From Candidatus Xenobia bacterium (GTDB lineage: Bacteria > Vulcanimicrobiota > Xenobia > Xenobiales > QWHO01), in NCBI GenBank assembly GCA_045863235.1, contig BTUM01000034.1, positions 1-64,000 on the forward strand: DNA of 64,000 bases, in the 5' to 3' direction. Position 1 is the stretch's first letter; every line of letters starts with the position of its first letter. Below, one piece after another: positions 20,521-35,298 of this stretch. The translations under genes and the position numbers were made by a program. The notes under the pieces are model-generated. The model was not told the DNA's origin and did not search any database. It worked only from the letters and a program-made list of their open reading frames with translations.

Positions 20521-20540
20521 CCATCCGGCCAACCTGACGC

Positions 20541-21119
20541 TCAGGCCTTGAAGGCGCGACCGATCAGGTGCGGCGAGGCAATGGGCACGGGGAGCCTGAG
20601 CTCCTCCCACTCCACCCGGGCAAAGCCGGCCTGTCGAAGCATCCGTCCCGTGTCCCGGTCAGGGTGACAACCGCCGCTAAGCCAGGTCCAGATCGGTTGC
20701 ACCAGAGTCTGCATCCATGCCAGCAGCGTCCCCCGCGGGGCAGCCACGTGCTCGAGGAAGACCAGGCATCCGCCCGGCTTGAGGACGCGCAGGATCTCCT
20801 GCAACACGCGTTCCGGCCTGCCTACCGAGCACAGCACCAGCGAGCTGATCACCGCGTCCACGCTGGCCTCGGCCAGCGGGATAGCTTCAGCCGAAGCGGT
20901 CAGAATGGCGACGTCGGGCTGGCGACGGAGAATGCTCGCGTGATGAGCGACCTCCGGCTCGAGAGGAAGCCAATCCACGCCCGGTGGCAGATAGAGCCGG
21001 TTGATCCCCGTGCCGGCCCCGATCTCCAGCACCCGACCCTGAAGAGTCGAAAAGAGCGCTCGCTTGCGGGCGCCATAAAGTCGGTGCATGGCTGGCTCGA
21101 GCCAGCCGAGCAGGCTCAT
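20541..21119 (-). CDS. Class I SAM-dependent methyltransferase
   Basis: Motifs VLEIGAGTG, LVLCSV and RVLKPGG..FLEH. Confidence 0.9.
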   Translation of the reverse strand: MSLLGWLEPAMHRLYGARKRALFSTLQGRVLEIGAGTGINRLYLPPGVDWLPLEPEVAHHASILRRQPDVAILTASAEAIPLAEASVDAVISSLVLCSVGRPERVLQEILRVLKPGGCLVFLEHVAAPRGTLLAWMQTLVQPIWTWLSGGCHPDRDTGRMLRQAGFARVEWEELRLPVPIASPHLIGRAFKA

Positions 21120-21153
21120 GGGCGTCTGGTTTCTTGCCGACCCGCCAGGACCT

Positions 21154-21495
21154 TCACCGATTCTTGCAGCCGCATCCCTTCTGGCGGCTGAGCTTGAACA
21201 CGAAATCGGCCAGTTGCTCGATCTCGCCCGGACTGAGGACTTTTGCGAAGGACGGCATGGCGGTGCCGCTCACCCCTTCGGTGATGGTTCGCAGAATCGG
21301 GCGACGCCCGCAGCCATACTTGTAGGGGCGCATGGTCAAGTCGCGGGGCGGGGGGTCGAGAGCCTCCGCCCCGGGGCCATTCCCCTCGCCCTGGGGACCG
21401 TGGCAGACCTGGCAGTGGCGATCGAAAAGCTCCTGCCCGGTCTCAGCCCGGACAACGGAAGTCAGCAGCAGGGCTGCCAGAAGGAGAGTACGCAT
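21154..21495 (-). CDS. Exported monoheme c-type cytochrome
   Basis: Signal peptide, CQVCH heme motif and GTAMPSF axial Met. Confidence 0.9.
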   Translation of the reverse strand: MRTLLLAALLLTSVVRAETGQELFDRHCQVCHGPQGEGNGPGAEALDPPPRDLTMRPYKYGCGRRPILRTITEGVSGTAMPSFAKVLSPGEIEQLADFVFKLSRQKGCGCKNR

Positions 21496-21745
21496 GGCCT
21501 GAGATTACTGCCGGCGAGGGTGGGCAGGGAATGATCTGCGTCATTTGCAGGAGGACATTCGACTGCGGGTTCGTCTCTATCGCCAGCACGGCCGGCCCCA
21601 CCAGATGCCGGGGCGCGTGAGCGCTCCACTCCCAGGAGATGTCGCCTCCCGCTCGCGAACGGACCCGTATCTGCCCACGCGTCGGTCCCGCTCCAGACGA
21701 GCCCGGAGAGCACATCCGTCGAAACCGTCATGATCGCCACCTTGC

Positions 21746-24700
21746 ATGAATAGCGACGAGACCCTCGAGCAGTCCAATCTGGCTCAGGCTCGAGCGGCAT
21801 CTTTGCATGAGCCTCCCCGTCCCATCGTGCCGGGATACGAGCTGGAGAGCTGCCTGGGCGCCGGCTCCTTCGGAGAGGTCTGGAGCGCTCGCCAGTGCAG
21901 CACGGGTCAGGAGGTGGCCATCAAGCTCTTGCTCCATGGGGGCGTGGCCTATCTCGAGCGCGAGCTGTCCCGACTGCGGGCCGTGAGCGACCATCCCAAC
22001 GTGCTCAGCCTGATCGACGCCAACCTGAGACACGATCCCCCTTACGTGGTGACCCCAAGGCTCGTACGCTCGCTGGAGTCCGAGCCCGACCCGCCGGTGG
22101 CCCGGGCCGAGGCCTGGCTGGAGCAGGCCTTGCGGGCTCTCGAGTTCGTCCACTCCAGAGGTTTGCTGCACTGCGACCTGAAGCCCGCCAATCTGCTGGT
22201 GGATCGGGAAGAGCAAGTGCGGATCGTGGACTTCGGCCAGGCCGTCACCGCCGAGGAGGGACAGGTTGCCCTCGGAACGCTCTTCTACATGCCGCCCGAG
22301 CAGGCGCAGCCAGGCTCGCCCTCCTCGACCGGCTGGGATGTCTATGCGCTCGGAGCCACCTTCTACCGGTTGCTGGGCGGCCAGCTCCCGCGCGCCACGC
22401 CGGAGTTCCGTCAGTCGCTGAGCGGGTCGGGCGGAACGCGCGCCATTCTGCAGCGCTACTGCGCCGAGCTCCCGAACCAGGAGCTCGTCCCCCTGCGGCA
22501 GCTCAATCCGAAGGTGGATCCTGACCTTGCTGCCATCCTGGAGCACTGCCTGGAGCTCGACCCGGCCCGTCGCTACCAGACCCCGGGGGCGGTGCTGGCC
22601 GATCTGAGGAACCGCCGCGGTCACTACCCGCTGAGCTGCCGTCCGCACACCCCGGCGTATCGGGCTCGGATGTTCCTGATCCGCAACCGCGTGTTGGCCT
22701 CGGCCGCAGCGATCTTCGCAACCCTGCTGGCACTCACCATCGCCCTGGCCTTTGTGGGCGTCACCTCGCAGCGCGACCGGGCTCTGTTGGAGGAAGTCCG
22801 GTCTCGCGAGCGTCTGGCCGGATCCCTCTTCCAGGCGGGTCTGGCAGCCGGTGGCATGGAGGGCGTGTTGCGCCTGGCCGAAGCCAGCGACCAGAGCCCC
22901 GATTCCGAGTCTCTGGCCCGCATCAGCGACCCGGTGGAACGGTCCGAGGCCGAGCATGCCGTCGCTGTGCGTCGGGTCGCCGCCCAGGCCTACCTGAGGG
23001 CCAGTCCCCGCCTGGAATGGTCACGCCCGGTACACCTGGCCGGCGTCCCGGAGCGCTGCCTGGCAGCAGACGGGTCGGCCCTGCTCCTGGACCAGGACCA
23101 GGTGGCGCTCTGCGACCCCACCGGGAAGATTCTGCGGCGTTTTCCTGGGAGCTCGGCTTGCTTTGATCCCGGCGGCTCCTGGCTGGCGGTGGAATCCTCC
23201 GGCCAGCTGCAGGTCTACACTTTGGACGGTCAGCCGGTCGGACCAGGCTACCCGGTTTCGGAGGACTTCGCCCTGGGCGGGGGCTTGCTTGCCATCGCCG
23301 GAGACTCGTTGCGCAAGGTGACCGGCGGAAGCAAACTGCCTCAGCGCCCCGAGACGGGGACGGAGCTGGTTGCCTCGACCCAGGGCGCTCTGGCCTCGGT
23401 CGGGGGAGGCCAGGTGCAGTTTCTCCCGGGCGCCAGGACGACCGGCGATAAGATGGCCTTCTCCCCGCTCGGACCCGCCCTCGTTCTGAGCCCCTACCGC
23501 GCGCGGCTGGTCGAGCCAGCGACCGGGAGCGTCCTCTGGGAACGCGAAACCGAATCGCGCGAGGCCGCTTCGGCCTGCTTCAGTCCAGATGGCCAGTTCG
23601 TAGCCATCTCTCTCACCATGGCCGTAGGCTCGCGTCTGGAGCTGCGCGAAACCGAGACGGGAGAGCCTCAGGGTGAGCCGATTTTCACCGAGTTCACGGT
23701 GCTCGACCTGGATTTCGACGACAGCGGGCAGATTCTGGCCGGCGCCTGCGGCGACGGCCGAGTGCGGCTCTGGAACTGGGCCGGCTTTCCAATCGGGCTT
23801 CGGCCGCTGGCCTGGGCTCCGCTCCAGCATGAAGCGCCGGTGGTCTGGGCGCGCATGGGGGACGGCGAGTTGCTCACCCTGAGCGCAGAGCAAGACCAGG
23901 AGACGCTACGCCGCTGGAGCCTGCCCGCACCCACCTCGGTGCTGGCCGACCTGCAGGATTTTCCGCTTGGTTTGCGCGCCTCCGAGGCAAGGGTGCTGGC
24001 CTGGACCGATACCCGGGTGCGGGTCTGGAGCGGTCGCAATCTGGCTCTGGAGGAGAGCCTTGCCGGGGTGAGAGAGGCCTGGCTGTTGGGTGACCGGGTG
24101 CTGGCTCTCAAGGCGACCGGCAGCCTGATCGAGTGGAGCCAGGGTCGACGGTTGGAGTACTCGCTGCCGGGTGCATTCCAGGCTCTGCGTCCAGATGGTC
24201 GGGCGGCTCTGGTCCTGACCACCAGGGGGGTTTTTCAAGAGATCGAGCTGGCCGGAGGCCGGGTCCTGCGCGAGCAACCGGACCCGGGCGGCGAGACTCC
24301 GGTCCGCTACAGCCCGGACGGATCCTGGGTGGCGGCGGCGGGCAGAGGGCGTGATCGCGTCGTATCCATATTTCGCCCCGATTGGGAAGGATTCGCGACG
24401 CAGGTGCGATTGATGGGGATAGCGTTTGGCCCGAGCTCCTCGACCCTGCTGGCCTGGACCGACAGCCTGGAGGGCTCGGCCGTGGTCTACCAATCCGGCC
24501 CGGGCAAGCCTTCGAGCTCCTTCCGACACACCGCCTGGGTGACCCGGGCGGTCTTCAGCCCGGACGGCCGGTGGGTTCTCACGACCTCGTTGGACGGCAC
24601 TTCCCGAGTTTTGCACGCCGAGACCCTGCAACCCACTCCGGCGGTCATGAGCCATGGGGGCGTGGGTCTGAGCAACGGGTGCTTCTCGCCCGACAGCTCG

Positions 24701-24952
24701 CGGCTGGTAACCGTGGACGAGCAGAATCGAGCCCGACTCTGGGATCGCGCCACCGGGCTGCCGCTTTCTCCTTTACTGCCGCACGCGATGGAGCTGGACC
24801 CGATCTTCTTAGGAAACGACCAGCTCTTGCTGGTCTGGGACAAGAAGCTGATCGTGTGGGACTTTCCTCCGGCTGACCGGGGCCTCTTGCCCCGGGCGGA
24901 GCAGTGGACAGGGCTCAGGCTGGGTCCGGGCGGCGTGCAAGCGCTGCGATGA
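21746..24952 (+). CDS. Ser/Thr protein kinase with a TM helix and C-terminal WD40 beta-propeller repeats
   Basis: Motifs LGAGSFGEVW, VAIK, HCDLKPAN, DFG and GTLFYMPPEQ, then a hydrophobic segment and repeated FSPDG...LW units. Confidence 0.9.
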   Translation: MNSDETLEQSNLAQARAASLHEPPRPIVPGYELESCLGAGSFGEVWSARQCSTGQEVAIKLLLHGGVAYLERELSRLRAVSDHPNVLSLIDANLRHDPPYVVTPRLVRSLESEPDPPVARAEAWLEQALRALEFVHSRGLLHCDLKPANLLVDREEQVRIVDFGQAVTAEEGQVALGTLFYMPPEQAQPGSPSSTGWDVYALGATFYRLLGGQLPRATPEFRQSLSGSGGTRAILQRYCAELPNQELVPLRQLNPKVDPDLAAILEHCLELDPARRYQTPGAVLADLRNRRGHYPLSCRPHTPAYRARMFLIRNRVLASAAAIFATLLALTIALAFVGVTSQRDRALLEEVRSRERLAGSLFQAGLAAGGMEGVLRLAEASDQSPDSESLARISDPVERSEAEHAVAVRRVAAQAYLRASPRLEWSRPVHLAGVPERCLAADGSALLLDQDQVALCDPTGKILRRFPGSSACFDPGGSWLAVESSGQLQVYTLDGQPVGPGYPVSEDFALGGGLLAIAGDSLRKVTGGSKLPQRPETGTELVASTQGALASVGGGQVQFLPGARTTGDKMAFSPLGPALVLSPYRARLVEPATGSVLWERETESREAASACFSPDGQFVAISLTMAVGSRLELRETETGEPQGEPIFTEFTVLDLDFDDSGQILAGACGDGRVRLWNWAGFPIGLRPLAWAPLQHEAPVVWARMGDGELLTLSAEQDQETLRRWSLPAPTSVLADLQDFPLGLRASEARVLAWTDTRVRVWSGRNLALEESLAGVREAWLLGDRVLALKATGSLIEWSQGRRLEYSLPGAFQALRPDGRAALVLTTRGVFQEIELAGGRVLREQPDPGGETPVRYSPDGSWVAAAGRGRDRVVSIFRPDWEGFATQVRLMGIAFGPSSSTLLAWTDSLEGSAVVYQSGPGKPSSSFRHTAWVTRAVFSPDGRWVLTTSLDGTSRVLHAETLQPTPAVMSHGGVGLSNGCFSPDSSRLVTVDEQNRARLWDRATGLPLSPLLPHAMELDPIFLGNDQLLLVWDKKLIVWDFPPADRGLLPRAEQWTGLRLGPGGVQALR

Positions 24953-25032
24953 CGACCTGGTCGAGCTGCCTGCACTACTCGAAGGCTCGCAGGTCATTCA
25001 CCGGTTAGCCGAGCAGACCATGGGGCGAACGG

Positions 25033-25491
25033 CTAATTGTAGCATTTCGTGATCGTGAGGCCCCTGGCCGGAGTCCAGAGCTCGATGACCAGGTGGTCCA
25101 GACCGCCGACACGGGTCAGCACGACCTCCGAGATGTCGATGCGAAATCCCTCGCCTTCAGGCTCGCCGCTGCTCCGTACCGTCTCAACGCGCACTGCACG
25201 GCCGCTGACCTTCGCCTCGCCAGGCCAGGCCATCGGGTCGGTTCCCGGGTCCTGGGACGGCCCGTGGAGCGCCAGGCGCGGGTCGCGCGCCAGGTCGGCC
25301 GACTTGCGAGAGCCCTTTCCCGAGCCGAAGCGGAGCTCACCTTCGCGAAACTCGCACTCGATGCCGCTGATTCTCGGCGAGCCGTCCTTGCGCAGAGTCG
25401 CCAGTGTCTTGTGTCTGTGGGCATCGAAGAGCGCCCGCACCCTGGCCGCGAACTCAGGCGCTGAGTCGACGACGTCCTGCCAGCGTGCCAT
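25033..25491 (-). CDS. Pyridoxamine 5'-phosphate oxidase-like (flavin/F420-binding split barrel) protein
   Basis: Motifs LATLRKDGSPRISG and KSADLARDPRLALH. GGAGG RBS. Confidence 0.85.
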   Translation of the reverse strand: MARWQDVVDSAPEFAARVRALFDAHRHKTLATLRKDGSPRISGIECEFREGELRFGSGKGSRKSADLARDPRLALHGPSQDPGTDPMAWPGEAKVSGRAVRVETVRSSGEPEGEGFRIDISEVVLTRVGGLDHLVIELWTPARGLTITKCYN

Positions 25492-25658
25492 GTCTTCGTC
25501 CTCCTCCACAACCATGGTGCAGCCCGAAAAACTGGAAGCTATCTCATGGGCTTTGCCCCGCGCGATCTCAGTCCCTTCAAGTCTGGCGGGACCTGGATCG
25601 GAAAGTTCACATTCCGTTCCCACCCGATTGCGCAGGGGGTGCTACTCTGCCAGGCAAG

Positions 25659-26975
25659 ATGCACATTCAACCGACCACCCTCGACCCCGTACCCGCGCTC
25701 CCTCGCCCCCGGCCTCAGGCCCAACCCGCGTTAGCCGGCGACAGCTTCCAGGCAGGAGAGGCTCCGCCCGAGCTCATGCCACGAAGCATCTCATCGCCCG
25801 AGCTTCCCACCGTGGGCAGCCAGCGCAGCTTCTGGGTGTGGGACATGGCGGTCATGCCACCCGGCTTCAAGCAGATCCAGGCCACCTGCAGGGCGGTGGG
25901 CCCTGAGTCCTACGTGTTCGTGGATGACAGCGTGCCGGTCTCGGACGAGGCGATCGCCACGGTGGACCGGCGCCTGCACCGCGAGGGCTCGACCGGCTCG
26001 GTGGACCCGCGCCGGGGCTTTGCAGCCATCAACAACGACTACTTCGGCGCCCCGGCGCTGGGCCAGGACAACGATCGCAAGGCCTACGTGCTGATCACCG
26101 AGCTGGCCCCTTTCAACGGCATGGTGATGGACGGCTATGTGAATGCTTTCGACTCCCTCACCGAGGAGGAAGCCTGGCGCGAGTACGGCCAGCACTCCAA
26201 CCAGGCCGAGGTGGTCTACCTCAATCACGCCTCCAAGCCGGTGGACTCGGACTACATGCTGGGCGTGCTGGCCCACGAGTATCAGCACCTTTGCCACCAG
26301 GCGGCCGATCCCGATGAGGAGAGCTGGGTGAACGAGATGGTGGCCGAGGCGGCCATGTCGGTCAACGGTTATCACACCGACATGGGACACGTGGCTCGCT
26401 ATGCCAGCAAGAGCGACCATCCTCCCCTGGTCAGTCAGACCTACGTCAGCTACGGAGCCTGCATGCTCTTTGGCACCTACCTGCAGGAGCGCTACGGCAA
26501 GGGCTTCTTCCAGGCCCTGGTGGCCAACCCCGACAACGGCACCGCCGGCATCGACAGCACGCTCCAGAGCTTTGGACGTCCCGAGCGCTTCGACGACCTC
26601 TACAAGGACTGGGTGGTGGCCAACTACGCCGACTCTCGCGGCGTCATCGACCCGGGCCTGCACTACGGCACGCTGGACCTGCCCGCGATGACGGAAGCCC
26701 GTTCCATCGACGAGTTCCCCGACCTGGACTCGGCCGAGCTGGCCGCCTCCTCGGTGCGCTACCTGAAGCTGGCCCTGCCCGAGGCCGGGCGGGTGGAGAT
26801 CCCGGAGGGTCTCAGCGTGCAGCTTCTCAGTTTCGAGGGCGGACGGATGACGCGCACCGAGCTGACCGGACCCGAGGCCGAACTGCCCGCCGGCAACGAC
26901 CGGGTGCTGGTGGTGGCCAATCCGCTCAGCGAGAAGCTGAGCTACACGCTGCGGATCTGGCCAGCCGAGGATTGA
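25659..26975 (+). CDS. Zinc metallopeptidase, M30/immune-inhibitor-like
   Basis: VLAHEYQH followed by WVNEMVAE and SYGA..LFG.YL. Pro-rich N-terminal extension. Confidence 0.75.
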   Translation: MHIQPTTLDPVPALPRPRPQAQPALAGDSFQAGEAPPELMPRSISSPELPTVGSQRSFWVWDMAVMPPGFKQIQATCRAVGPESYVFVDDSVPVSDEAIATVDRRLHREGSTGSVDPRRGFAAINNDYFGAPALGQDNDRKAYVLITELAPFNGMVMDGYVNAFDSLTEEEAWREYGQHSNQAEVVYLNHASKPVDSDYMLGVLAHEYQHLCHQAADPDEESWVNEMVAEAAMSVNGYHTDMGHVARYASKSDHPPLVSQTYVSYGACMLFGTYLQERYGKGFFQALVANPDNGTAGIDSTLQSFGRPERFDDLYKDWVVANYADSRGVIDPGLHYGTLDLPAMTEARSIDEFPDLDSAELAASSVRYLKLALPEAGRVEIPEGLSVQLLSFEGGRMTRTELTGPEAELPAGNDRVLVVANPLSEKLSYTLRIWPAED

Positions 26976-27077
26976 CCCCACCCGGGTGACCGGTGCTGAA
27001 AGTGTAGCCATTGCATTTTGGCTCGGGATGATCTCGGTCATCGCTCGAGACCGTGAGCCAGGGTAACCTGTCAGCAA

Positions 27078-28031
27078 ATGAGCAATTTCCTTACAACCGT
27101 CAGCCAGTTCTTCGAGTACTTTCTCCACAGTGAGGGCCCCCCGCCGAAGTCTCCCCCGCTCAGCCCCGAGCAGCAGCTCGAGCAGACCGCCAGCGAGCTC
27201 GGACAGTCCCTGGGGGCGCTCAACGACCTGGCCCGCTCGCTTCAGGCCCGCTTTCCGACCACCGCTGACGGAGGGCAGGTCGGTCCGACAAAGGCTGAGC
27301 TCGAGCAGCAAGCCATCGCCGAGCGCCAGGAGCGAATGCGGCAGGCCATCTTGAAGGCCCACCAGCAGCTGGGTACAGGCCTGGATGCCGAGGCTCTGAA
27401 AGTGCTCGATCAGGGGATGGAAGAGATCGAGCCTCACCTGGGAGCCTGTGTTGGCGAGGACATCTCCAAGCGGGTCACCTCCTGCTCCTTGCATCGCCTC
27501 TTCCGGGAGGTGGGCGTTCTGGCCTGGGACCGCCTGCGCGAGTTGATGGATTCCAGGGGGCTGACCTGGCCGGCGCCAAGCGGGATGAGCCCCAGCGCCA
27601 CCCCCGGGGAAGTGGCCGCGGCGATCGAGCGCAACCGGACCGTCGATGGACACAATTTCCTGGACAAGTCCCCGGAGCAGATCCGCCAGCTCATGATGGG
27701 GGTGGTCAAGGTCTGGAGGGCCGCCTACCCGGGCGAAGATACCGGACTCTGGGCCGAGACGGTCTGGCAGGGCGTGGCCGCCGGACTCAGAGTGCAGCTG
27801 TTCGAGAAGGCCGCCCGCGCCCTGGAGCAGGATCCGGAGCTGGTGAGGGCCATCCAGGAGTTGCTCGAGAGCGAGCTGAAGGCCACTCGCGAGGTTCTTT
27901 CGCGGGGGCTGAAGTCGTCCGAAGAGCTCAACGAAGTGCTGGCAAGCACCGACCGCCTCTGTCGCCAACAGGTCCCCGATCTGGTCTGGGAACTGGCCCG
28001 GCCTTTCCTGCTGGAGACTTCGACTCGTTGA
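27078..28031 (+). CDS. Hypothetical alpha-helical protein
   Basis: 317-aa ORF with host codon bias. Confidence 0.7.
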   Translation: MSNFLTTVSQFFEYFLHSEGPPPKSPPLSPEQQLEQTASELGQSLGALNDLARSLQARFPTTADGGQVGPTKAELEQQAIAERQERMRQAILKAHQQLGTGLDAEALKVLDQGMEEIEPHLGACVGEDISKRVTSCSLHRLFREVGVLAWDRLRELMDSRGLTWPAPSGMSPSATPGEVAAAIERNRTVDGHNFLDKSPEQIRQLMMGVVKVWRAAYPGEDTGLWAETVWQGVAAGLRVQLFEKAARALEQDPELVRAIQELLESELKATREVLSRGLKSSEELNEVLASTDRLCRQQVPDLVWELARPFLLETSTR

Positions 28032-28136
28032 GGAGGGAGCTCCCCCTTTCGGAGGAGACCACAAACCCGCCTCGAGAAGGTCGTCCGGCCCACCCCCCAC
28101 GCGCTAGACTGAAAGCGTAAGAGGGAGGTAGCCAAA

Positions 28137-28466
28137 ATGCTCAGAGTGCGTCGGATCGAACAATTCGGGTTTCCGATTCTGCAGGTCGCTGGCAACCTGG
28201 ACCTGACCACCTTCGGGAGACTGCTCACCGAGGTCGTGCACCTCCTGGAAAACAGGCCTCAAACGCTGGGACTGGATCTGAGCCAGGTGACCCTGGCCGA
28301 CGCCTCGGCCGTCTCCCTGGTGGCCACCGCGGCCGAGTGGATGGCCGAGCACGATGGGAAGCTGCGCCTCCTGGACACTTCGCCGGCCTTCGAGGAGGCA
28401 GTGCGCAAGAGTGGCCCCTTTCTTCGTCCCCACAGTCACCTGGAAGTCTACCACCAGGTCGCCTGA
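28137..28466 (+). CDS. STAS domain anti-sigma-factor antagonist
   Basis: LQVAGNLDL...LDLSQVTLADASAV; the phosphoacceptor loop is divergent. GGGAGG RBS. Confidence 0.8.
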   Translation: MLRVRRIEQFGFPILQVAGNLDLTTFGRLLTEVVHLLENRPQTLGLDLSQVTLADASAVSLVATAAEWMAEHDGKLRLLDTSPAFEEAVRKSGPFLRPHSHLEVYHQVA

Positions 28467-28527
28467 CGAAAATCATTGAGCCAGCGGCTGCCAGCCTCTA
28501 GGCTGTGCACAGGAAGGAGGAACAGCC

Positions 28528-29178
28528 ATGTTCTTCGAGGACCGCTACCAGGCCGGGCGCCTGCTGGCCGAGGCTCTTTTGGAGTTCCGCGACCGACCGG
28601 AGGTACTGGTGCTGGCCCTGCCCCGAGGCGGCGTGCCGGTGGCTCGCGAGGTTGCCCGAGCACTCCGCGCTCCCCTGGACGTGCTGGTCGTGCGCAAGGT
28701 GGGCGTACCCTGGAACCCCGAGTTCGCCCTGGGCGCCGTGGCCTCCGGCGGCGCGCTGGTGCTGAACGAACGGGCCGCCGAGCAGTTGGACATCAGCCGC
28801 GATGAGCTGGCCCAGTTGGTGGCGGTGCAGCAGCAGGAGGTCGCGCGCCGCGAGCACACCTTCCGGGGCCCCAGACCCCCCTTGCAACTGACCGACAGGA
28901 CCGTCCTGCTGGTGGACGACGGCCTGGCCACCGGCTCGACCATGCGGGCAGCCGTGCAGGCGGCCCGCCAGCTGGGCGCAAGCTGGATCGTGGTGGCCGT
29001 GCCGGTCGCCCCGCCCGAAACCCTGGCCACCCTGAAGCGAGAAGCCGATCAGGTGGTGTGCCTGGACTCCCCCGAGTTCTTCTACGCCGTCGGTGCCTTC
29101 TACGCCGACTTTACCCAGGTATCCGACCGGGAGGTCAGCCTTCTGCTCGCCTCGCAACCCATGGAGATGAAACGATGA
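28528..29178 (+). CDS. Phosphoribosyltransferase family protein
   Basis: Motifs FEDRYQAGR, LALPRGGVPVA, VRKVG.P..PE and VDDGLATG. Confidence 0.92.
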   Translation: MFFEDRYQAGRLLAEALLEFRDRPEVLVLALPRGGVPVAREVARALRAPLDVLVVRKVGVPWNPEFALGAVASGGALVLNERAAEQLDISRDELAQLVAVQQQEVARREHTFRGPRPPLQLTDRTVLLVDDGLATGSTMRAAVQAARQLGASWIVVAVPVAPPETLATLKREADQVVCLDSPEFFYAVGAFYADFTQVSDREVSLLLASQPMEMKR

Positions 29179-30050
29179 AGAAGCTTCTCTGCCCGCTGGA
29201 CGGGTCCAAAGAATCCGAGCGAGCGCTCCCCCTGGCCGAAGCCCTGGCCCAACGGTGGCAGGCTCAGCTCCTGCTGGTGCGAGTGATCGAGCCCTACCTG
29301 GCCCCGCCCGACATGCTGCCCGATCTGGCCGACCGGGTCCGAGATTGGAGTCGGGAAGGCCCGCTCGTCTATCTGCGCCAGTTCCACGACCGTGTCGGGG
29401 TGCCCACCCGCAACCTGATCCGCGAGGGGCAGGCCAGCTACGAGCTGGCCGAGGCTGCCCGCGAGGAGCAGGCCGACTTGATCGTGATGGCCACCCGCGA
29501 GCACTCGGCCGCCGGCCGCTTCTTGATGGGCAGCGCCGTGCAGGGCACCCTGCGGTTGGCGCCCTGTCCCGTCTTGTTGCTGCGAGGCTCGGCTCCCACC
29601 TCGTTCGAGCGCATCCTGGTGCCTCTGGACGGGTCGGAGGAAGCTTTGAAGGCATTGCCCCTGGTGGCTCAGTTTGCCAGCCCCGGCGCGCGGGTCACCC
29701 TGCTGCGGGCCACCGAGGCCAACCTCCTGCCGCTGCGTCCCCTCGAGCGCGAGGCCATGCTGGCCGGTCTGAAGGCCGAGCTCGAGCAGGTCGTTCTGCC
29801 CGGCTTCGAGGTGGTGCGGCGGGTCGAGGACGCCACGCCGGGCGCGGCCATCCTGGACCGCGCCGAGAGCGACCGGAGCGATCTGATCGTGATGACCTCG
29901 CATGGCCGCTCGGGTCTGAGCCGCTGGCTGCTGGGCAGCGTGGCCGAGAAGGTGGCCTGGCACGCCCCCTGCCCGGTCGTGATCCTGCCGGTGCACGCCG
30001 AGGCGGTTCGTGAGCGGACGGCAGCGGCCGAGACCTCCACCTCACTCTGA
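29175..30050 (+). CDS. Universal stress protein (two USP domains)
   Basis: Two PLDGS...DLIVM...GS(A/V)...APCPV units. Confidence 0.93.
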   Translation: MKKLLCPLDGSKESERALPLAEALAQRWQAQLLLVRVIEPYLAPPDMLPDLADRVRDWSREGPLVYLRQFHDRVGVPTRNLIREGQASYELAEAAREEQADLIVMATREHSAAGRFLMGSAVQGTLRLAPCPVLLLRGSAPTSFERILVPLDGSEEALKALPLVAQFASPGARVTLLRATEANLLPLRPLEREAMLAGLKAELEQVVLPGFEVVRRVEDATPGAAILDRAESDRSDLIVMTSHGRSGLSRWLLGSVAEKVAWHAPCPVVILPVHAEAVRERTAAAETSTSL

Positions 30051-30241
30051 GCTTGGGGGGCCCGCCACTACAACCGGTTTTGCATCAGCCTGCTAGCAAC
30101 ATGTTGGGCGTCACGCAGCCGGAAAACCGTGTCAAGGGGGTTTCCGGCTGCGCTCCTTCGGTTCGCGGCTGGACCTCCAGCCTCCGTGGCGCACAGGGAC
30201 TCAGCAGGGATCCCCCCTCCTCAGCCCAAACCTGACCGGCC

Positions 30242-35217
<4,976 letters not shown>

Positions 35218-35298
35218 CGCCCCAACCTACCGCAAGTCGCTGAAAGAAGACTGATTTGCGACAGGTGCGTGGACCCGGAAGGCGAACTGGCCGCGGCC

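Noticed and set aside
21496..21745. Small CDS between the cytochrome c gene and the kinase
   Set aside because: Candidate ORFs lack motifs, an RBS and convincing codon bias.
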